Assembly (NCBI GenBank): GCA_001275005.1
Contig: JWZX01003352.1
Span: 48,587 to 68,586, forward strand
Reading direction: 5' to 3'
Origin: Chrysochromulina tobinii
Lineage: Eukaryota
Length of the DNA stretch: 20,000 nucleotides
Made by a program: the position numbers and the translations under genes. Below the pieces are notes generated by a model, which ran no database searches, was not told where the DNA came from, and was given only the letters and a program-made list of their open reading frames with translations. Shown here one piece after another: positions 7,829 to 16,090 of the stretch (within the stretch, counting starts at the first letter, position 1; each line of letters opens with the position of its first letter).

Positions 7829-10800
7829 TTACCGCTGCCCAGTTACGACCTGATGCTGATACCTCTCGAGAGTGCCACAAACTCGTCTTCTCTGAGCTTC
7901 ACAAAGTAACTCTGCCAACGCAGCCCGTCGCGCCCCACACATGCGCTCCCACTCGCGATCCTGCTTTGGCACGAGACTCGGCTTTGTATGGCTTTGGCAT
8001 GCCCGTTGCCCGCCCGGCTGCCGCGTGGGAAGTGCGGGCAGCGACAGCGAAGGGGCCATCGGACGCTGAAGCCGCGTCGCCGTGTGTGGCGTGGCCGTGC
8101 GGATCACGTTTTCGAGCACCCCGAACTCGAGCCGCTCGAGGGCTGCCTGTGTCTCGCGGCTGATGACCGTCACCGGCAGGCCGTACGGAGAGCAGCCCCC
8201 CCCGCCGCTGACGCCGCGCTTGCACCCGCGTGCAATGATATCGTCGAACTCGGTCTTCGTCGGGGGCGAGAGGACCGTGCTGAGGTGCGTGGACGGTCGC
8301 GGACTATGACTTCTCGCCTCGGGGCGACGAGGGCTGGTGAGGCCCCGCAGCAGCACGGCCATCCCTTGATTCCACTCGCACGCCGTACGTGCCGTACGGC
8401 TTGTTTGCGCCTCCAAGTTTCCCGCCAAGACATGTTCACCCATCTCGATCGGCGCCGTACATGCCGACGCCGCCGCCGCTCCTCTCGACGCTGCTGCGAC
8501 ACTCGATGCGGGCCCTCGCACGGCCTCGGCCTGCTCGTCGAGGGCTTGAGCTGTACGCCGAGAAGGAGATGCGCCGAGAGATACACTTGCCTCCTCGTCG
8601 AGGGCTTCTGTGGATGGCGCACGCCCTGATCTTGCTTGCTGCCGGCGCTCCAGCATCACGAGCAATCGCTCCGTCTGGTACAGCGGCACGATACGCGCGC
8701 CCCCGAGCCGGCCGCCAGGTGCACCATCCTTGAGGGTGAGCGGGATGGGCGTCATGGTGAGCTCGTGGAGCGCGGCGAGGCACTGTCGGCGCTGCTCACC
8801 CTGCTGCCGCCCGAGGGCGACCAGTCGAGCCTGGCGACGCGCGGCGAGGCGCCGCTTGCCCATCGCTGCCTCGAGCCGCTCGCCGAGCGCCACGAGTCGC
8901 TTCTCATGCGCCGCCAACTTCGAGCGCACGTACTCGTCGTCATCGATCCGAGGCCGCTCCGAGAGGGGAACCGATGGGCCGCTTGTAAGGCCACTTGGCG
9001 GCCCGTCGCCCTTGCTGGGCTGGGCATGGAGCCGCTTGGCTTGCAAATCGGGTGGCGGCTTGGCGCGCTGTCGGCCGAGGTCGAGCAGCGACGCGTACTC
9101 TCCCCCGATGAATCGTTTGAATTCATCCGCCTGCGCGCGTAGTCGCATCATTTGCGTCCATTACTGTCAATCAGGGACCATCGTGCAATCAGGGACCCTC
9201 TTGACGCAATCAGCCTATCAGCGACCCTCAGAAGCAAACACCTGCACCGCATCCGAATCGTCCGCGTCGAGAACGCACCAGAGCGCCTTGAGCTGACCCT
9301 CGCTAAGCTCGGCCTTGCTGACGCGCAGCTTGGTGCGTGTGGCGTCCTGCAGCTCCTTGAACGTGACGAAGCCGCCTGCAGAGGCGAGAGAGGTGTCAAC
9401 GTTCGGTGAGAGTTCGAACTCGTGCGAGATGAGAGGAGCGGCGCGGGCGAGAGGCCGAGCTTCGAGTCGCGCCGCTGTACTGCCGTCCACGTCCACACGC
9501 GCAAACAGCTGGTACCATGAGTTCGCCTTAGAAGTTGCATGCGTGTCCCGGCCGCGCGAGCTTCCGATGCGGTGACGAAACTCCTCGAGCCGTCCACCGA
9601 AGAGTTTCGAAAGTTGAAGGAGTGCTGCCACCTCGGGCAGCTCCACCTGTGCGGCCTCGAGCTCGGCGCGCATGGCTGCGGTGGAATGGGAAGCGAGGGC
9701 GGTGCCGCGCGCTTGCAGCGGCGCTTGGAAGGCGTCGAAGGCTTGCCCCCTGACGGACCCTTTGCCGCCGAATTTTGGCTTCGAATTCTGAGGCGGTGCG
9801 AAGCGCTTGAGGAGCTTGGCGAGCTCATCGACCCGGATCGCGTTCGAATTGTCCGCATCGAGAGCGCACCAAAGGGCGCGAAGCCGTGCTTCCGACATCT
9901 CGGCCGGCGCGAGATTGAGCTTCTTACGCACCACGATCTGGAATTCGTCAAAGGTGACTTCGCCACTCCCATCAACGTCAGCCTCGCGGAAGAGCGCGTA
10001 CCTGATGAGGGAGACCATCCGAGGTCATCAAAGGCGATCACAACAGTCATCCGAGGCCATCAAGCAGCCTCGCGGCAGAGCGCGCACCACGACGCGATGC
10101 CATTCGCGAGCTTCGTGCCGCGATGGCGCGCCTGCTCGAGCTGCTCGTAGAAAGTGCGCGCGATCGCATCCAGCTCAGCTTCGTCCGGCAGAGGCTCGCC
10201 AGCCGCCTCGAGCTCCGCCCGCATCACCTTTGTCGGCGCCGGCGCGAGCGCTTCGGAGGTCGCGATCTCGGAGAGCGCGCCGCCTTTGACGAATCCCTTG
10301 CCGCCGAAGCGCTGCCTGCTCCGCTTGGGCGGCGTGTACCGATCACGGAAGCTTTTAAACTCTGCTGGTCGTACCGAGTTGTCGTCGTTGGCATCGAGCG
10401 AGCAGAAGAGAGCCTTGAGCCTGTGTGCGGACAGCAGCTTGGGCCCCAACTTAAGCTGGGTTCGGATGGCCCTCTCAAGCTCATCGAACGTGATCACGCC
10501 GTCGCCCGACACGTCCAGCGCGGTGAAGAGGTTGTGCCACGACATCGTCCCTTGGTTCTTCGTGCCTATGCGAATGCGCACGGCCTCGAGCCTCTGATAG
10601 AACAGCTGGGCCAGCGTGGCAAGCTCCTCGTTCGAGGGAAGCGACATGCCCGCGGCCTCGAGTTCGGCACGCATCTCGCGCGTGGGCGTGGAGGCGAGCG
10701 CCTCCGACGTCGTGAGCGATGAGAACGCGCCGCCTTTGGCGAAGCTCTTCCCGCCAAATGTGGGGCCGTGACCACCCGACAGGCCGCCTCGTATGATGAA

Positions 10801-11148
10801 GCGCTTGAACTCCTCTGCTGCAACTGAGTCGTCATCATTGCCGTCGAGAGCGCACCAGAGCGCCTTGAGCGATGCTCGCGAGAAGTCCTTGGATGAGAGC
10901 TTGAGCTTGCTGCGCACGGCCACCTCGAGCTCATCGAACGTGATCACGCCAGATCCGTCCTCGTCGACCTGGCTGAAGAGCTGATGCCAAGAGATGGCGC
11001 CCTGGCTCTTCTCGCCGAGCTTGCTGCGCAGCGCTCCGAGCCGATCGATGAAGAGCTTGGCGAGCTCCGCGAGGCGCTCGTCATCGGGGAGGGCCGTGCC
11101 CACTGCCTCGAGCTCGGAGCGCATCTCGCGCGTAGGCGTCGATGCCAT
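7829..11148 (-). CDS. Multi-EF-hand Ca2+-binding protein, 4 exons (11148-10088, 10001-9481, 9375-9242, 9130-7829; 1005 aa): four ~115-aa modules plus a coiled-coil/low-complexity tail
   Basis: EF loops DEDGSGVITFDE, DGNDDDSVAAEE, DVSGDGVITFDE, DANDDNSVRPAE, DVDGSGEVTFDE, DADNSNAIRVDE, DVDGS|GFVTFKE and DADDSDAVQ|ADE. Removing three GT-AG introns restores the loops and gives 3018 nt in frame. Confidence 0.88.
9131..9241 (-). other. Spliceosomal intron 3 of the EF-hand gene (111 nt)
   Basis: GTGTTT...GCGCAG. Contains in-frame stops and GGTCCCTGATTG twice. Removal restores DADDSDAVQADEF. Confidence 0.88.
9376..9480 (-). other. Spliceosomal intron 2 of the EF-hand gene (105 nt, in frame, stop-free)
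   Basis: GTACAG...CCTCTGCAG. Removal restores EF loop DVDGSGFVTFKE. Confidence 0.85.
10002..10087 (-). other. Spliceosomal intron 1 of the EF-hand gene (86 nt)
   Basis: GTGCGC...CCCTCATCAG. Removal gives SW|YALFREAD, matching SWHQLF/SWHNLF/SWYQLF in the sister modules. Confidence 0.9.
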
Positions 11149-11251
11149 CTCGTGAATGACAGGTTGCAAGTAACGAAAGTCCGCAAAAACTTTGACGAAT
11201 GGTAACGTGTAACGTGACGGTGTTCATGATGCATGCGGTGACTGCGTTCCG

Positions 11252-11439
11252 CTACTTAGCCTGCTTGCTTCGTCCACCAGCGGCAGGTTGCTTGTGCTTT
11301 GCAAATGCCGCAAGCACTGAAGCGTCGTCCTCCTTATCGTCTTCGTCTTCGTCTGGGATGTTGAAAGCAGATTCCTCCTCCTTTGCCTCTTTGACCTGCT
11401 CTTTGCTCAACTCATCCTCAACCTCCATGATTATCGTCC

Positions 11440-11484
<45 letters not shown>

Positions 11485-12940
11485 TGTCATCGTCCTCCTC
11501 CTCCTCCTCCTCCTCTTCCACCTCCTGGACAACCATGCCCACCTCCAATTCATCTGTGCCTTCCTCCCCGTTTGCCTCTGACTGCACCTCAGACCCAAGC
11601 TCCAACCGCCAATGGGCCGCCCGTGCATCACCATCGTCAACCTTGCCGCCTTCCGCCTCCGCCTCTTCCTCCTCCTCCTCCTCTTTCTCGTCGTTCCGTG
11701 ACGAACGGTCGACATCTCCGCCGCCCTGCTCCCCGCCGCCCTGCTCCCCCCCGCCGCCTCGCTCGTCCCCACTCCCTCGCGCACTCTTGCGACCCCAGCT
11801 CTGGACTTCTGCTGCGTCGACCTCCTCCGCGTCGATGACCACCACCCGCCGCGGCTTGACATTGGCCAGCGACCCATATTTTGAAAGCGCGCTGTAGTGG
11901 GCGTGACGCGGCCGGCCGAGCGCCCCCTTGACACGCGCACCCACAAACAGCACCATAGACAGCAGCAGGACGCATCCCCCCAGCAGCACAGTGAGTGCCT
12001 GCGCATGGTTCCAGAGCAGCACCGTCTGCGTGAACGCGAGGTAGGGCGCCGTGTCGCCGCTCAACACGACCGTTTGCAGCGCGGCGAGGAGCCCGACGGA
12101 GGTGCTCGGTACGGCGCTCGAGGAAGTACCCGGAAAGGCGCCGATCGACGCGCTCGAGAGCATACCAAGGATGGGCGGCAAGGGTGGCGGATGAGGGTCA
12201 GAGAAGCTCAGTGACGCTGCGGTCCCTAGCAAGAAGCGCGGAGGGCCAGGCGGCGGCGGCGGCGGCGGCGTTGTGGGCGGCGGCGGCGGCGGGCGCGGCT
12301 GCGGCGGCACTGCGGGTGGTGGGCGGCGTGGCGGCGGACGCGGCGGCGGCGGGCCTGGGCTCGGTGGCTGGCGAGGTGGCGGTCGCGAGGGTGGCGGTGG
12401 TGGTGGTGGCGGAGCGTAGTGGCCGCACGCACGGATCTGTGGCGGCGAGCGCGGAAGCGCCGTTCGACACTCAAACATGAAATGGATTGTCAAGCCACGA
12501 TCAGTCTTCTCGTTGCCCGCGCCGAGGGCGAGAGATAAACCGCCGTCCAAGCCCGAAGCGAGCGTGATCGTGCCCAGGGTCGCTGGGCTTAGTGCGTTGC
12601 ACCCGCTCGGGCAGTTGCCGATGCCAATCTTCTCGCCGCGGACGAGCGGTGTCCGCAGCGCCACCAAGTTGACAGGACGCGACGCTGCGTCGCCGTAGTT
12701 GATCGCGTGCACGATCGGCGCCTTCGCCAGGAAGGGCATTGAGTCAGGCAGCTCCACCTCGATGATTGAATCACCCACCCAATTTCGAATCGTGAGCGCC
12801 ATGTCGAAGCCGACGCTCCCGGTCGGCCCGTCCGCACCTCGATTGTCCCATGCAGCCTGAGTGCCGAAGCTCGCGGAGAGGTAGTTGCACGTGGATGGTG
12901 GCGACTTGGGCTGCCCGAGGAGCGGTTGCCAGCCGGTCAT
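11252..12940 (-). CDS. Hypothetical single-pass membrane protein: Cys-containing N-terminal domain, poly-Pro stalk, transmembrane helix, highly acidic tail
   Basis: 562-aa ORF with PPPPPPPPSRPPP... stalk, hydrophobic LTVLLGGCVLLLSMVLFVG followed by a basic patch, and poly-E/poly-D C-terminus. No clear signal peptide. Confidence 0.75.
11442..11483. repeat. (TCG)14 coding microsatellite (poly-Asp on minus strand)
   Basis: Perfect trinucleotide run, with adjacent (TCC)n poly-Glu runs. Confidence 0.95.
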
Positions 12941-13660
12941 GATGAAAAGAGAAATAGGAATCCGAAAAACCTCTCTCCCACCTTGGAAATTCCAGAGTAT
13001 GCATGTGCATGTAAATCATGCTGCAGTAGTGCAGTTACACAACGCGCGCTTCAACCTCCGGACCCCCAAGCGAGGGCCTCTATCGCTATGGACGGAGGTG
13101 TGATCAATCATAGCAACAAAGCGGCATATCACACAGAAAAGCTTTCCATATTCCGTGTAGTAAAATGGCAGTAATGCTAATGGAGAGAGACGAAGATTTG
13201 CAATCAAAAATGGATTGTCAATCAAAAAAATTCATGCGGGGGCAAATTGCCTCACAAGCAAGCAAGCTAGGAACACAGTCAGTAGTCAGTCAGTTTCGTC
13301 GGATCGCCGCACGTCAAGGAGCCCGGCGCCCTGCATGCTGACGTCAATCGTCATCTACACACTGGCGCCTTGGGCTGTACAGGTAGCCGCGCTGCCGCCG
13401 CAGCCTCGATCGCGGCCTCGACATCACACCCAGAGCCACAGCCTCCTGGCTCCGGATGGACGTGAGAATGAGCTGTTCGAGCTCCGCCCGGGAGCACTTT
13501 GCAACGAGAACGTCAGCTGCCGCCAAGACGTGGCGAAGCAGGCGCACTCCCGACGAGCCTCCGGCAATGGCGTTGGCCGTTGGCCGTAGTACGGCGCTTC
13601 GCAGGCGGCCATTTTCTAAGACAGTAAGCGATGCGCGTGAGCGCGACTGTGGGCGTGGTT

Positions 13661-14884
13661 CTAGCCGCTCGCGCGGGTCGGGGCGAAGCGCTGGGCTTGC
13701 TTGAGCTGACGCTGAGCGTCCTGCTGCCGGATGTCGAAGGTACCCGGAGGGAAGACCCGTGGCACCTCCTTAGGGCGCGTGGCTTTCACGATGGGCACGC
13801 TCCCACCCTTGACCCATGAAAGTTCGTTCAGGGGGCCGCTCACCGGCGGCGGTTTCTCGGCCGCCGGTGCGGATTCGGACGGTTGGACTCCGCGGGCGGT
13901 TGCGCGCGCGACCGCTTCGCGCGCCGCGACCGTTACGGCGGCGGTTACGGCGGCGGCTAACGCCGGCGCCTGACGATCCTGCTCGTCGCGGTTGGCGGCC
14001 GTCTGCGAGCGCGTGACCGGGCGGAGCTTTCCCTTGTCGCCCGGCTGGCTGTAGGCTTCCGTACCGGAGAGCACGCCACGGATACCCATCGAATAGAGTT
14101 CGAGCAGCTCGTTGGCCTCGGACGCCTCGACGGCTTTCTTCTCCGCCTGCTGCCGCTTGAGCACTTCGCGCATCTTCGCAGCCTGCTGGTCCTTGACGAG
14201 CGCGCTACGGAGCTCCTCCGCAGAACAGCCGTCCGCTGTCTGCCGGCGCGTCACGCGCACGACCGTCTGTATCTGCGGCTGCGCCGGATCGAAGAGCACG
14301 CTGTGCTTGTAAACATCGCTCAGGTGGTCGCGCGCCGAGTGGCGCGGCAGCATCGGCGGAGCATCCTTCCGCTGCACCAGCGGATTGGCATCCGCGCGCG
14401 ACAGCCACTCGACCGCCGGCATGACTTCGGTCGAGCGATCGCCGTCCACGCGCCGTTCGTAGCTTACCGAAAGATTTCGCATCTCCTCCTCGGCCGTCGG
14501 AACATTTGAGTACTCCCGCCGCGGATACTGCGTCGGCCCAGGCTTTAGGTCGCCGGTCGGCGACTCGCCGTCACGCATGCCGAGCCGCCGCTCGAGCGGC
14601 GAGCGCAGCGACGCCGAGTCGCGTTTCTGTGGGTCATTGAAAGAGACGGTGTTGGTCGACTTGAAGCGCGTCTTCCTTTCTGGCGCCCACACGTCTTTTT
14701 CGGCACCGGAGTGGAGGCCAGTGGTCGTGTACTCAGGCGGGTCAGGCTTCTGCGCAAACCGACCGAACTGCATGAGATGGCGTGGAGACCAAGCAGGGTG
14801 AAGATTGGAGCCGGGGCTAAAAATACGACCATGTTTTTGTAACTTTTCGTGCGTAACCGATCGCGCAAACATGCGAGGATGCAT
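13661..14884 (-). CDS. Hypothetical protein (~407 aa, largely disordered, short coiled coil)
   Basis: Long ORF with GC3-rich codons like its neighbours and helical ELRSALVKDQQAAKMREVLKRQQAEKK. First ATG at 14884. No recognisable domain. Confidence 0.65.
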   Translation of the reverse strand: MHPRMFARSVTHEKLQKHGRIFSPGSNLHPAWSPRHLMQFGRFAQKPDPPEYTTTGLHSGAEKDVWAPERKTRFKSTNTVSFNDPQKRDSASLRSPLERRLGMRDGESPTGDLKPGPTQYPRREYSNVPTAEEEMRNLSVSYERRVDGDRSTEVMPAVEWLSRADANPLVQRKDAPPMLPRHSARDHLSDVYKHSVLFDPAQPQIQTVVRVTRRQTADGCSAEELRSALVKDQQAAKMREVLKRQQAEKKAVEASEANELLELYSMGIRGVLSGTEAYSQPGDKGKLRPVTRSQTAANRDEQDRQAPALAAAVTAAVTVAAREAVARATARGVQPSESAPAAEKPPPVSGPLNELSWVKGGSVPIVKATRPKEVPRVFPPGTFDIRQQDAQRQLKQAQRFAPTRASG

Positions 14885-15020
14885 GCACAGCTGCCTTGCT
14901 CTTTCGGCACCGGTTTGCGGCGGCTGACAAGACTCCACCTACGAGCGATGATTGGCGATGATGCACGGTCGGACCGGAGTCTTCGCTGCACTGAAGCGAC
15001 TGACTGAAGGCGCGATTCCT

Positions 15021-15888
15021 CTATCGCATCGGCTCCCAGTCGTCCGGCTCTGAGTCACTCATCTCGAAAACGCGCGTGAGCTGCGCTGTGGGCGCTGCCG
15101 GCGCCGGCGCCGCAAAATCAGCCGTGAGCAGCGCCGAGAGCGGCTTGCCCTCGACCACCATGCCAAACCAGCAGATCTGGCCCAGTAGCAGACCGTTCAC
15201 AGCGAGCCCAAAAGCGAACCCGGCCAGCAGCAGCGGATCCGAGCCTGCCAGCGCGATCGTGGTGAAGAGCCGCACCGAGCAGCCGGCACATGCGAGGCCC
15301 GCGGTCAGTGGCGAGTAGCCGCCGGGGCTTCTCCTCCGGAGATTCTGATAGAGCTGCGGGAGGAGGGCGCCCGTGTTCAAGAGGGTGGCCACCGTCTGGC
15401 CGAGCGCGACCACAGAGGCGGGCGCGGCGCTCATGGCGTACACGCACGCGCCGCCGTATGATGCTGCTAGAGCGAAGAACGATCGGTCCATCCGCCTCTG
15501 GTAAAATGCGACGAGTGCAAGTACCACTGCCGCCTCCACCGTGATGATGAGCGTCTCGATGTACCTGAGTCAACGGGATTGTTCTGCACTGAGAGAGTCA
15601 CGTACCTGATAGAGAGCAAGGGAAAGTGTGGAGCGCTGCAACTAAAGCCACGCACGTGGAGACGAGGTAGCCATTCGCAAAAGAATAGACGTCGGAGCAG
15701 GTATATGAGATCAATTTCAGCCACCACGTCGAGAGCGTCAGCCCAGACGCGTCGCGCTGGCGGCAGACCCTGATGGCTATTGGCGTGTACAAGAGCAGCG
15801 AACCAGCACCGACTACGTACCCAAGCCCTTGAGCAATGACGCTAGTTGCTGAAACCTCAGCGATCGTGAACTCGGGTGACGGTGGCAT
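15021..15888 (-). CDS. MPDU1: PQ-loop membrane protein, MPDU1/Lec35-like, 2 exons (15888-15656, 15564-15021; 258 aa)
   Basis: GLGYVVGAGSLLLYTPIAIRV...ASGLT, NGYLVST|YIETL, LPQLYQN.RRRSPG and G..VRLFTT. Removing intron 15565-15655 joins the two ORFs in frame (777 nt). The symbol is a family-level call. Confidence 0.82.
15565..15655 (-). other. Spliceosomal intron of the PQ-loop gene (91 nt) with an internal CAG|GTACGT
   Basis: GTGCGT...GACTCAG. Removal restores STYIE. Confidence 0.82.
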
Positions 15889-16027
15889 GGATAGGTTCCG
15901 ACAGGTACAAGAAGCGCAGCACCAGGAGGAAGAGAGGGCAGGTTCCCCTCGTTCTGGGTCGCTTTCCAAAGCTGTGAACGTGATGTTTTCTGTGAACAGT
16001 TCGGGAGAAGTCCCGAGATCGTACAGG

Positions 16028-16073
16028 CAGAGTTTCTCTTTTTGGAAGCTGTCAGAGTTCCCCTTTTTGGAAG
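16028..16073. repeat. 21-bp direct repeat pair in the divergent PQ-loop/ATPase intergenic region
   Basis: CAGAGTTTCTCTTTTTGGAAG (16028-16048) vs CAGAGTTCCCCTTTTTGGAAG (16053-16073), 19/21 identical. Confidence 0.8.
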
Positions 16074-16090
16074 AGTCGCCACGCGGCATC

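Noticed and set aside
12941..13300. AT-rich island as a transposon or RNA gene
   Set aside because: No terminal inverted repeats, ORF or tRNA/snRNA fold recognised. Treated as promoter/intergenic DNA.
13344..13620. Small minus-strand ORF (…VRLLRHVLAAADVLVAKCSRAELEQLIL…)
   Set aside because: Looks slightly protein-like, but has no ATG in frame nearby, no supported splice link and no recognisable family.
15836..16090. 85-aa N-terminal extension of the ATPase ORF
   Set aside because: Overlaps the divergent PQ-loop gene start and AT-richer promoter-like DNA. ATG 16091 (ATCATGG) is the more plausible start.
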